DNA of 64,000 bases, from positions 1,736,001-1,800,000 of the forward strand of contig JAYWIR010000043.1 in the NCBI GenBank assembly GCA_036172245.1. The letters run 5' to 3'. The notes beneath the pieces were generated by a model. It had not been told where the DNA came from. It saw nothing but the letters and a program-made list of their open reading frames with translations, and did no database searches. Shown here piece by piece: positions 37,478-50,230 of this stretch (the first letter of the stretch is position 1; each line of letters opens with the position of its first letter). Made by a program: the position numbers and the translations under genes. This stretch comes from Raillietiella orientalis (Eukaryota).

Positions 37478-38930
37478 CACCTGATTTTGCCGTGGTATTT
37501 ATTATTAAAATAATAATAAGAGACATGTCAACACCAATAGAGTGGTAGAACACTTGGCTCTACCACGTTCTTGGAACTTGTCACGAACAGTATGTAGACC
37601 AGCGAGGACCGTTTCTGCGGCGGGAGGAAGGAATACCTAAAAAAACAGGAGCAAACAAGAAACACAAAAAAGGGGGGAAATGGTTTCTGGGAAGGAGGAG
37701 GCGGAAGAAGGGATCCTATTTCGCAGGGAGACGTCTCTACAACCTGTCCAGGATGCTGACAAGTTCTGTAGTTTTTATCCCAGGTGGGGCCATCTGGAGA
37801 AGGTCTTTAAGAAGATTGTCGCTTGGTGGATGGCATCCTAGACATTCTGGCCTCTTCTTTCCGCGTTTCACTCTGCTGCCACGATTCCACGGGAACAGCA
37901 GAGAACTGCTAAACTGTGCATGACGCGCACAAATAGGCATCGAAAAATGTCATTGAGACCGTCTACTGGGATTCTAGAATCGTCAACAGACGATCCCAGA
38001 AGAGTTAGAGAGCGGCACATTCCAGCAAAAGATGCGAAAAGCTCTCTTTTTCGCTAAGCCAGTCGCATTTGGCGTCCACAATTCCCCGTGTCCAGTGGTG
38101 AAGGCTTGCTTTGCATGGAATCTCCCAATGCAACATCAGCCACGCCAACTCCTGCCACTCTAGGGAGAGGGTGCCACTTTTCCAGCACGCTAGGGGCCAC
38201 TTCATCACCTCCGGAGGGGTTGCGGCAGCTCGCCCCAGCGTAAAAGTCCTTTTGGCGGGACACTCGGGGTCGCAGCTTTTGTGAGTACCGAGCTGCTCGC
38301 GCACTTAGCAGTTTCTTTCTTCCTGCAGTGTAGCAGGACACTTCGCACTTTGCCGCAAGGTAGCTGTCCTTTGCTTCCTTTAAGGAAGGCAGCACTGGGG
38401 CACAAGAGAGGTGAACGATGCCCACAGCAGCTTCCGTGGGTTGCACATGATCACTTGCAGCGACTGTCGAGCGCGTCTTATTTTCCGGAGGCAGGATGGC
38501 GACTAGTAGGGCGAGAAAACCGCGGCAGCTCTAGACCGCACTTCTGCTTCCAATGTAGTCGCTGAGAGTCCTTTCCCTGCGAGGAACATACGGAGAAGGA
38601 CCAGTCCCTCCATTCGACTGCGGAAGATTCGACAGTTCTCTCCCGTTAGGGGAAGAGGACCAGCAACTTCTATTTCCATCATCCTGCTCCACTCAAGCAT
38701 CTCAGAACACAGTCTCTGCATGCTCTCGGCATGTCCACGGCAACCTCCCATGGGCATGCTCCACAAGCCCTCTTCATCCACGACCTGTGGATGTTTCCTC
38801 CGAGTACATGTCGGTGGGGAAGGGGAAGCAGAAAAGACAGGTGCCTGAATTAAAGCTCGGAGCGAATAGTGTTTCCTGAGCAGTCGGGTCGCGAAACCAG
38901 TCTTTGCTTGCAAGAAAGCCAGCTGGCTCC
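37478..38930 (-). mobile_element. 5'-truncated decayed L1/Tx1-like element
   Basis: PKGLLRWGEL, LEWQELAWLMLHWEIPCKASLHHWTRGIVDAKC...ESFSHLLLECAAL; terminal motif AATAAATACCACGGCAAAATCAGGTG at 37478-37503. Confidence 0.8.
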
Positions 38931-39699
38931 GTGCTTCCTCACATCCCGTACACCTAGGGACTTGTGCTGAGGGTGTGCATCATTCCGAAAGCAGAAGAAA
39001 GTAAGGTATGTGTCTACCAGTGCCTAGCACGTCTTCCAGGCATCCCGGTAGAAAATCTTCCCTCTTGTACCCGTTACATGTCTACCTCTAACTCACCAGG
39101 TTCCCCGTCACGTGCTTTTAGAAATGCAATATGTAGCATCCTCTTCCTGTGGTGAGTCTCTTTTTTTTGACTTCGAAACGGCTTCTGAAAAAGAGCAAGC
39201 AGACATTTTTTAATTTCCCTCCTCCTCTCTTTCAGTTTCAGGAACGCATTTCGAGATGAAGATTCGTATCTCTGCTGTCTGACCACAATCTGCAAAATCA
39301 GAAGCCAAAAAAAAAGCATGAGAAAAGGACTTTTTTGGGTGGACTACTTCCACTGCTTGCACACGGGCAGAATCGTGGCCGCTGAACGAAAGAGAGGCGC
39401 GATTATTGCTAGTTGAAAACTTCGACTGCTGCTTAGGAATCCTCTCAGCATGACTATCGAAGCTGCTGTCGTGTGAACTTGCAACCTTCACAGACATTCG
39501 GTCCCAAGTGTTCTCGCAAATGCACATGAATGTGTGCCACATTATGTAAATGTGAAGGAAGATGGAATGGAGGGATCCTCTTGGGTTCATCGGGTTGTCT
39601 GAGCTCTCCGCTCCTATGGGGACAGCTTTTAGGCAAATCGAAACGGTCTCCACCCTACTGATCACTTGACCAGGCGACTGTTTCCATTTGGAACCATCC

Positions 39700-41450
39700 T
39701 TCTAATGGTAACACAGAGACGGAACAACAAAACGAATCTGATTAACACTGATTGTTTGAATGCTATGGACAGTAAATAGGTTGATGGTGAATGATCCGTG
39801 GGAACTGGCGTCCGAAATGCAGATGAAATTCCATTCGACTGACACGTCACCGTAGGTGAGCCAAGAAATCTTATCTCAGCAGGAAATACATAAGAATTTT
39901 CCCAATGGGTGAGAGATAGCAACCAGGTGCTCCAAAGATGAAAGTTCCTCTATCTCTTTTTAAAAAGGAGAGCATGAGTTGAAGCACCACATTAAACTGT
40001 CCTCTTGATCCGATCTTCGAATAAAATGTCTCCAGGAGCATTTCTTTACGATTACTCTTTCGGCCACCCTCACCGAAGTAGAAGTTATGAACGGATTTAC
40101 TCTTTGGAAAGCATTGGGCGTGCCATACTCATCCGAAAGAGTTTCTGCTCCGAATTTTCCCTGAAGTTTGAGCTGATTTCCATGTTCTCAGAGCTACCTG
40201 ATGTCTAAAGTTTAATATCCTCCTTATCTGCACTCAGTTCACATTGTGGAGACAATCCAATGCTTCGTCATGATCATTTCACCTAACCGCGGTACATACT
40301 TTCACTTTTCATATTGTGGTGGCTGTTTCTTTTCCCATCTGCAATCAAAATCCTCCTACTCTTTAAAGAGATTAAGCTGGATTGCTCTCCCAAGTAGCAG
40401 TGGCAGACTTCCTATCTCCTGTGTGAGACAAGATTCCTGTTCTCCTACATCGGCTAATGCCTGGGATAAGCTGGGAACCACCACAAATTTGGCTGTGCTT
40501 TTCTTCTGCTTCTGTTGCGAATGCTCTCTGCACTCGAATGGGCATCGGGGTTAGGGATTATGTTTTCTTGACCCGATTCGAGACACCTGTAACGAACACA
40601 GGACCATTGGAGTCTTCTTCTAAGATATACAGACGCGAGAAGTTCAAGAAATGAAGACCGTGATCGCTGATTAAATACGTTTTTTTTGTTCGTAGTACAT
40701 TTTCAAATCCTTATCTTCGCAGTGTAGCTCGAGGCAGTCCAATTACCGTCTGGTGTTGCAGTCCTGAACCTTCTCATCACACATTCTACTTAGGGATCAG
40801 GAAGGAATTTCGCTACTCATTTGAGACCTCTAAACTCTTCGTGGCTTATTTAGATTTTCCTCACTTCGCTTCTGCATCGTATCCTGACTTTTTTCTCCGG
40901 AACTTTCCCTTAAATTCTTTCCCTCAGCATCTCTGTTGCTACTCTGATGCCATGCAAGTCTTCCCTCCCATTAAATTCTCATCTTATTTACCTATCATCT
41001 TCAACGAAGCGACTTTTTTCCCTGCCTTCTTCTTCTGAGCATTTTATGTTTGAAAGGAGGAAGTTCAAGTGAGTACCAATCTCTCTACCTCAAGTCGCTT
41101 TTACCAAATTTCAGGCTCCTGAGTTCTCTTCTGTTCCTCGTTGAGGATGCAGCCTTCACGTACTCCTATCTCTCACACAGAATACACTTGATTTCCTGTA
41201 AGCTTCTTGGATATAGAGGCCCGCCTGCTATGCATTCGCTGTGATATAGTTCTGAATCTTATCTTTTCGATCTTCATCCGCTGTCCTATATGTTTCCTGA
41301 AGTCACTTTGGAAGTCGAAAATTGATGCTTCTTGTGCGAAATATCTGTGACTCTTCTTCGGTCATACGCTATGCTCTCACACATCTATGTCTGCATTCAC
41401 GTCTTGAAGATGTAGGGCCAAGTTTTGACATGAAAACGGTATGAAGTGTT
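39700..41450 (+). mobile_element. Very decayed LINE endonuclease-linker-RT relic
   Basis: RSRSYERIY (SRIDRIY-like, ~40073), NYR (~40741), AYLDF (~40844). Weak. Confidence 0.3.
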
Positions 41451-42863
41451 ATTTGAGTTTCATTGGATTCTCATGAGCTCACTGGCAGACAGTGGCTCAT
41501 CCAAGATCTGAGGATTTTTTATTTTTCACTTTCCGCCTACTGGCAACAGCCCTAAGAGATGGGCACCTGATGCTGCAGATCTCAGTTCTGGTGTAATGGG
41601 GGACAACTCGCAAGTTGCATCTCTGGTGTGCTCTTCCTCGCATCATCCAAAAACTTTTCTCACCACAGCTTACGTCCACTTTTTGCCATGGAACCTCTCT
41701 CCAAAATTTTTCACCGCTCCGGTATCCGTACGAATTAATAATTAGAACGCACAGATTTATACCAAACCTTCTTCACCAACACCTCAACTACTGGTTCGTG
41801 GTTCGACTCCAAAGGCAGAACCGGAGGAAGAATGGCCACTGTGAAAAGCCAGATGTGTTTACAAAATTACAAATTGAAATCGACAGTATACGTTGTATAC
41901 GCTGAGAACACTGCGGTGGCAATGAAATCCACTGCAAACCATCTCTGCGGAGCCAACGAGAGAAAAAAGTCATTCCCTTTTGTGCTCATTTTTCCAACAT
42001 TTTGGATGATGCATACGTTTGTGCGTAATGTTAATACTCATCAGAAAAAAAAATATCCTTTCTTTAGGCGCTCGTGAGTGTAGCGTAGCGATAATTACTA
42101 GCATTTCTATCGCAGTAATATTAAAATTTCTCCATATGCTGGAATGCAGAATAGGTGTTACATGTTTGGTCACTTTTACTGTCATGACCAAAATGTTAGT
42201 TTTTGGATGTATACCATTTCTTGGACATGTCCCAGTACGCCATAAGGTCATGCAATTTAGGACTCTCAATTATCCCCGTACTATCTTGTAAACTGACAAC
42301 AGCCAACATCAACATTTAACTCTTCATGTATCTACACTCACCTGTGCTGAATACCAATGTACAACTTAATTTTGCCCACACTTCGATTGCGCCGGAAAGC
42401 ATCTGATTTAAAATACCACTCTACAATGGATGGTTTAAAGAACAAAGAGCTTTATAAGACGAATTGGCAGTAATTTGTGACTATTTTTCATTTATTCATG
42501 ATTTGCATTTCATTAAACATTTAATGAACGATGTCAATGCTCAGGATGCCTTTGTAATGTACTGTACGGCTGAAGCACGTTTCTAATAAAGTACAAGCAT
42601 TTCAAGACTGCAATCATGTGTTTGGAATTAAAGGGTTTACACATACATAATTCTTTCAATCCTGATTCAATCCAACTTAGCTGTAATCCTTGAATTGAAA
42701 ATACTCAGAATTGTTTTAATTTAATGAATATAAAGTCATCCAATTCATAATAAATTATCATTTTTCGTGTGAACATTCCACCATTCAGCATTCTCATTAT
42801 ACAGTGGAACCTGTAAATATCATCTGCTGAGGAGTGTAAACTTGACTATGCAATGGTCAGGCA

Positions 42864-45800
42864 TCAGAGGGTGATCAGCTGCACATATTTTTTCTTCACG
42901 TTCTGGGTAGCACCTTTTGCACTGCTTTGGGGAGTTAACATTTCAAGCACACTCCTCTGTCTTTTATCACGATGCACAGAATCAGGATTTTCCCCTTCAA
43001 CTGAACATTTGGGAGTTTTGGGCTTTGAAGGTGGGCTAAGATCAGTCAACTTGGGGGGATTGTTACATTCTTTAGTTGACTCCAATAGTTCTGTCCGCAC
43101 TAACCAACATCTGCGGGCAAAGTCAAAGTTTGCAATTTCCTTGATTTTACGTTTTATTTGTCCCTTGGACAGATGCACTGACGGAAATTTTGGAGAGTCC
43201 ACTAATTTCTCTAGTGGCTCTTTATGCCAGTGAACCAAAAACTCGGATGCAATCATGGATCGATTCCGAGTGTTGCCATGGACTACTTGCAGCAAGGCAG
43301 AAAGAGCTGAGCAAATATCCATATATGATACAGATGTGCAATTGCTTACCAGCATCTGGAAATCTTGTCATTACCCTATGAGATGATTCTTCCGATGATG
43401 GGGATGTTGTAATTGGCAAAGGTGCCATTGGGACAGCACGATACATTTCCAATGCATTGACTTGTGGGGAGGATTCATGCTGATCTGACAGCCACACACA
43501 ACCAACAATGCGTGGTTTGAGCTGAGTTGTTAATTTACTGATCTCACTGTTAAATTCCATTTCTTTCAACTGCAGTTTAATCTTCTGCGCTTCTGGAGAC
43601 TTTTGAGAGGAATTGCACCTTTTTTCAAGCTACCCTTGTTTCCTCCCTACCAGTATCTCTTCATCTCCATTTTCGTCATCACTCAAGTAACCATGTGGTA
43701 CAAAGAAATCATTGTCCACTTCATATTCATCCTGGCTTTCTTTCTCATCATCGGAAGATACAATGCTTTCACCAGGCTCTTCATCATCTGCTTCCCACTC
43801 ATCATCAGAATCCACAGAATAATCAAAAAGCAACTGATAGGCCAAATGATTGTGAATATCTCGCTACCAAACCTTATCACAGGCGAAGGGTCTCCTCCCT
43901 TTAATAAGATTACTACACTTCCTCCAAGTTCCCCAGTATGGAGGTCGATGATTTTCTCTAAACTGAAGCAACTTAGGCTTAGCAGTTTTCTGCTGCTGCT
44001 TATTCTCCATGATACAGGTTTCGTTATCACCATCTGAATTTTGACAGATGCTTTCTTCGATCTTTTAAAACTCACCAAGAATTAGCATATGAGACTCCTT
44101 TTCCAAAGGAAAAGTAGAATTCGAAATTCCAGGAATGTAATTAGGGGATTGAAGCTCTGCCAAGTAAAGTTGGCAAGCAGGAGCATCTTGTGCTTGGAGA
44201 CATATTTCTATCTGTTGGATACTAGAGCGTGGCTTTTGACAGCGATGAATGGGTGCCAACTTCATGTTTTCTTTAACCTAAAGTTAACAGTCATGTTTCA
44301 GTTCCAACTTTTCTTCAGCTGCTTTTGCAAAAAAAAAAAAAGCCAACCTGAAATTGTTTGAATGGACCAACAGAAACATTGCTAGCATGTTCATCAATGA
44401 ACATAACATCATCTTTTTTGGAAAAAAAGCTAGCAAAAACAGCCTTTAATTTGAGCTTCTTCTTCTCTTCTTCTGCTACAATCTTCTGACGTTCGTGCTC
44501 TTTTAATTTTTTTCGCTCTTCTTTCTTCCGCTTTTCCTCTTCCTTCTTCTGCTTTTCTTTCACCTTTTCTTGTTCTCTACGTTTTCTGTCCTCATCTCGC
44601 TGCCTCCGCTCTTCCTCTTTCTTAATCCTTTTTTCTTCCCGCTGCCTCTTCTTTTCTTCCCTCCTTGTGTTTCTTTCTAGTAACCGCAGTCTGCAACACA
44701 TAAATGCTACCTACATATCGGAGAATTGCTTCCCCCTCACTCAGCATCTTGCTGATGCTTCAGCTTTTGTGATGATTTCTCCTTGCACTTCTGTTTGATA
44801 TCACTCCTCAGTTCTTCTGTCTGGCATCTCTTTTTTTTCAACTGAAAATAATTTCTTTAACTGCACTGCTTTCTGGGTAACAGAATCCAGAAATTCAAAT
44901 TAATCAACAGCGTTCTTAGAGAAAATTAATTCCAGAAGACTATTACCAACTTCAACACTTTTCTTTCTAAATAAAAGGAAAGAAGTAATTTTACATTCCT
45001 TTGAGAGCTCACAACTTCATTTGAAAAAACAGATGTCTTAATAACATGAAAAGAAGAAAAGCACTGGACTTAAAAGAATGATCGTGTAATTTACACGAGA
45101 AACCAAAGTGCCTTATATACCAAATGATTATTTGTAATCATAATCTTGTGATAATACTATGCAATAAACATCAGTAATAACATTGTAAAGGTTTATAAAA
45201 GTAACATGTAAAGCAACACGAAACAACTTCTAAAAACCAATCATGAAATGGTAGCATAAGATTGAATCCTTTGTTAGACTATTCAAATCTAACTGAACAT
45301 AAGAATCATCTTATGTTCAGTTAGAACATATTTTGAATGGAGGAATGCTATACCGTTGACAGAATCTCATCTTATTAAAAACATAAAATCAATCTTGGCA
45401 ATTGGAACTACAATAAAGATAACATACCACTCTGCATTTGTCTTTCACAGACTGCATCTTCCCTTCCAAACCAGGTAAATGCTTAGATACCAGGGATTCA
45501 TTTATGATGGGAATACAGGAATCCAATACTGGAGATCTCCTCGCAACTAAGACATCTTCACCTGGATCCTTGTTCTCATTAGGGATATGCAAAGTTTTAT
45601 GGTCCAAATGCCTTTCTTGAACTGACTGCTTGCAGTCTTTGGGAACTAGAAGTTGCAAATTAGAAGCAACTGCCACAGCAGAATTAGTATTATTAGATAA
45701 AGAAACCTGATCAGTTAACATTTGACATGCCGTTTTTTTTTGTTTTTGAAAACTCTGTGCAAGACAATAAATAGGCACACCTATATTTTCACTTTCAGAG

Positions 45801-46076
45801 ACTGGATTAGATACACCATTATTGCTGTCATCATTGTTGTATATAAACTTCTCAAAATATTTTTCAAAATTCTTATGAAGCATTACAGGCATTTGTCTAT
45901 CATCACGACTTTGTTGTTCTGGTTTAACATCTGAGGAAAATAAAATTTGCACAGCTTATGTTACAGTGTTTTCAACCTGATGCCACTGAATCCAACTTGA
46001 TTGCTTTGGCTCTGTTTTCATTTATTTGCCCTTTCCGTTTCCCAAGTAAGCACATTTTTCCTACTTCATCGTTCAT
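42864..46076 (-). CDS. CHAF1A: Chromatin assembly factor 1 subunit A (p150). Exons 46076(or 46055)-45977, 45930-45428, [unresolved 45427-44842], 44841-44741, 44690-44348, 44277-44076, 44033-43873, 43833-43651, 43599-43350, 43306-42864
   Basis: KER coiled coil ending in PIP-like KAVFASFF; FQVKENMKLAP; KLLQFRENHRPPYWGTW..RRPF; acidic DYSVDSDDEWE..EPGES...FFVPHGYLSDDE; QLKPRIVGCVW; C-terminal winged helix (LLQVVHGN...KGQIKRKIKEIA...CWLVR). Splice phases are consistent outside the unresolved interval. Confidence 0.92.
45288..45325. repeat. Perfect 17-bp inverted repeat with a 4-nt loop inside a CHAF1A intron
   Basis: TCTAACTGAACATAAGA-ATCA-TCTTATGTTCAGTTAGA; outer arms ATTCAAA (45281-45287) and TTTGAAT (45332-45338) can extend it. 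Confidence 0.95.
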
Positions 46077-49000
46077 TATAAGAAAATGATACCTTCAATG
46101 TATACGTATACTAGGGAAATACAACAAAGATTACATAAATTCTAAGCAATGATTTGTTTGAATTATAAACAAATATTTCCCCACCACTAACCCGTTTTAA
46201 GAATTTTCTTAAGAAAAATCGCTTACTTAGGCATTACTTGAAACAAAACAAAAACGCCGGTAATGAAAACTGAAACAATTTACACAGAATAGCAATAAAG
46301 AGAATCCATTTGGTGAATCAATAATGCTCTCGAATAATCAACAGTTTTTCATTGACCTATAGCTAGAATTTGTGCATCAAAATTAGCACTCGAAACTAAT
46401 TAACACATTGTTATATATCATGAAAAATGTAGAATTCGCATTTTTCGAACTCTTTATGTTGTTCTATGTGTTTCCTATGGCCTTAGATTCTTACACAGCA
46501 TATAAGATTTAGGATTCCCATACAGGATTTATGTAATGCTAAATGCTCATGATTCTCAATCTTGGAAAACTTTTATGTATCATAAAAAAAAAAAAAGAAA
46601 TAAAGAAACCTAAGACTTGTCCGCAAACTCTCGATTTTCACTAATTCACACGTAGCTACCAGGGTGAAGGAAAACAAAACAGCTGATTAAACCGCCAAAT
46701 CATTGCCAAATTCATTTTGCTTTGATGATCAATTGCTGAGTTTAAAATTATTAAGACAAGGAGATTTGATAACTTTTCATCATCTATTGTTAATTTTGTT
46801 CTTGATTATTTCCAAAATAATTATGACAAACCCCAATGTCATAGAACTGAAACAAGATGAAGAATGATTCATCTGCACAAAACCATTATCTTAGTGTTAC
46901 AAATACTCATTTTTAATAACCATTACATCATAATAATGAAACTAAATAACTTTAAGAAATACTTATTACTAAGAGAAAAATCAAATGGAAATATACATAT
47001 GAAGATGAAACATTCGAAGATGAAATTATTTTTGCATCATATTCTGAAATGTACAGCTTTAAATATTTAGTGGATTAATCAGCCAATGAAAAATTCCATA
47101 CTCTGTTAAGTAATCGATTAATGCGCTTGTTTCACAAAGTTTCTAAAATATTAAAATTGCTCTTTTAATTATTTTAATTGAAATAATAGTTCACGTGAGC
47201 TTCTTGGATTCAGCATTCTATATCAATTCAATCTTCTGAAAGATTTGTATCCCAAGATATTAAATAATTTTTGAGTAATTAATTCTTGCTTTTAATGACT
47301 AGTAATATTTACATGTTGAAGTTGATTGATGTTCTCATGTTAAACTCGTAATGCCATGTGAGGATGCAATGTTTTTCAATATCATGAAAACTCTTACCGT
47401 GATCAAGTGTAATATATTGTTTATTAATATACAAATATATATATATCCACTTTTAAAATGCATATTACATATTACTTTTCAGAATTATAAATGCTGCATA
47501 TGCTGTTCTTCTCATACTCCATCCATGTACTCACAAGTTAAGAAATCATGGATAAAGTGTTCAAGAAAATCCATTCTTATAGTTTTCTTGATGGATGATT
47601 ACTAATTAAAAAAGAAATAAAAATCCCTCTTTAAAATATAACCTTCGTAATAGACCCGTGTTTATTGGAGAAGTCAATTTTCCAAAGAAAAGAGGCAATC
47701 TTTTAATCCCCTTTGAATGAATTAACGGGTATTTCCCAAATACAAGCTTAAAAATGGTACGGAGAATTCGTTTATTCAAAATAAATGACTAGTACGACGT
47801 CTTGAGTGTATAGTTGTGTTCTGTGCAAAAAGAATATGGTTTTTACTCAAAAGCAGGAATGGATACATGGAATATGCATTTTTTACCAACGAGAAAAACA
47901 AAAATTCACATTACTGTTAATTAAGATTAATGAAACTGTGGAAAGGGTCTTCGGAACGAAATCGTATGAGAACTAAAGGATCCATAAATCAAATAGAATC
48001 AGAGCAATTGTGAAATGCTTCATTAACTGTAGCAATCATTTCTTTTGAAAGTCCAAATTTCCTACGAAAGAATTCGGGTGCATTCATGTCGTCATTCCTT
48101 CGCGGAAAGAAAATTTTTTCGAAAGGACATTTTGGTTATTAGGGTTTTCAAAATTTTATCGGAAGAACTGAAAGTCATGATTGAAATTATTGAATGTGCA
48201 ACTCGTTCTGGTATTCCGTGAGTCGGACGTGCACCCAGAGGACTTTGGTGCAGATCAAAATGAAGCTGCAAGAAGAATCCGCGTGCCCTGAAGAGCAAAT
48301 CAGCGTCTTTTGCAGTTTCCAGGAATCTCATCCTTCGGCATGAGAGTGTGGGAAAAGTGTGAAGAATGGGAGAAAAAATATTCTAATGTAGCACAAGCAC
48401 TAATTTATCAGCGTCGTACGAGCTATAAAAGAATGATAAATAGATCTAACTGTTAATCATAAGAAGGCTGAAAACTCCATTAAATATTAAGCGTTTACGT
48501 CTGATTTGCTTGCAGTCCGCAGCCCTGGAAAAATTCGTACGTCCATGGCGTACATTCTCCGAGTCGACTGATACGGGAAGTAAAATGTACACCGGAATGC
48601 AACGTGTATTTCGAAATGAAAGGGTACGTTCGTGAAATGTTTAGGGTGCTTATCGTTATACTTTTGGATCTGAAGAAGACGATATCTGCATGTGGTATTC
48701 AGATCATTCTTTAATTAGCTTCCGGTTCCCACTATTACCAACATTGCTATTCCTGCTGCTGCACACTCATGATTACCACTGTGATTTCCTGTTTGTCCCT
48801 GTTATTCCATTGAAGTAATTGAAAAATTTCACGGTGAAAAAAAAATTAAGATTAGCCAACTGTATTCTGTTCGAATCAGGATCAGCTCCTATCCGGAAGT
48901 GCTTAAGAGTTCCAGGATTCCGGGGACAGCGAGTTCCACCCACTGATGCGGTTAGACTTCTGAGTGAGCAGATTTCATGCCAACCTTCTGAAAGCGTTCT

Positions 49001-49699
49001 CGGCCCTCGAAATGAGAAACTTTATGAGCTCCTGGGTCAGTCTCATTACGTACTACTAAAGCAATTCCAATCCACTGGCAACGAGTGTGGTTGTCCACGT
49101 CCACTAAAGCACCCACAAAACGCTTGCATTGGTTACTGATTGCCTTCTCTCATATTTTCATTTGGAAAATTTGCATTTTAAAAATCTGCATTTTAAAAAA
49201 AAAATTAACGTTTTTGGTTTGAAACAATTCCAATTACTCATCCGGCATGAAGTTCATGGAAAGAAGTGCATCCTATTGTGAATTTCACCCCCTTAAAATT
49301 ATAACCTGATGATCTGTGGGCGGAAGAACTCTTTCGCTCTGCACCTTTCAATGCAGATGTAAAATGTTTTTTGTAAGATACGATTTTCTTCTGGGAGCAC
49401 TTCGAGAGTAGCAATCCAGAATTCCAATGCTTCCTGCTGCCAGGCATCCCAGTTCCTCGAACAGCAGGAGATTCAAGCATGGGCTTTCAGGGGTGGCGAC
49501 AGTCGCCTCGGGGGGACACCCGAATCCTCCCATCCTGTGCAGGCTGCGAGGAAGCCACGAGAGAGGTCCTTCTCTGCGGGCACATCGCCGAAGGATGGGA
49601 CGTGCCGGAACACGCCAAAGCGGGGTCCACAATTTGGCACGGAGTCTCAATAGACGGAGCTGAACTTGCAGTCCGAATTTCCGGATAGTCCGGATGTCC

Positions 49700-50230
49700 A
49701 AGTCAACATCCAGGCGTGGCACCACCAAGTGTTTCAGGCATATCCAGGACCTTGCAACGCCTCACAGGACTTCCCTGAGGAGTTGCTGCGCTCGAATCTT
49801 CACCGAATAAGAGGGTGGACAAACAAAAACAAGGGGTGAAAGAGGGGAAGATGCAAAAAGTATTCCAAATGATTGCCCGTCCCGGCAAGGCGAATTGCCG
49901 TCGAGGAACGGGTCGAGAGCCATCTCTGCCTTCTGAAGGCGGGCCGACCGCGCTTCTGATGCGCAGAAGTCACCCAACGGTACTCCAAAGTACTCGAAGT
50001 ACCTGTCCGCGGACATCTCCAAGCAGATCCATTTGGCCAGCCTCCCGCGAAGACGCCTTCAGAACCCCAATCAGTGCTAGCTTCCAGAATGGACCAGGAC
50101 CACAATGCACTTCACCCTCTTGGAGACCATAACTGCACCCGGATGCATCAGTTCGAAGAAGGCCACGAGCCCCGCTGCTGGGGTGGACGTAGGCAGCAAG
50201 AGAAGCAGGTCGTCCTCGTAGGTTGCCTGG
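49700..50230 (-). mobile_element. Internal RT fragment of the same L1/Tx1-like family
   Basis: ATYEDDLLLLLPTSTPAAGLVAFFELM aligns with AYADDLLLLLPRSTPAAAVGDFFDLL of the 5551-7680 copy; also YFGVPLGDFCASE..SARLQKAEMALDPFLDG. Confidence 0.85.

Noticed and set aside
41800..41810. GGTTCGACTCC, a tRNA B-box/T-loop-like word
   Set aside because: No upstream A-box, acceptor stem or cloverleaf can be built.
43603..44037. Hydrophobic 144-aa plus-strand ORF
   Set aside because: It is the antisense shadow of the acidic CHAF1A exons.
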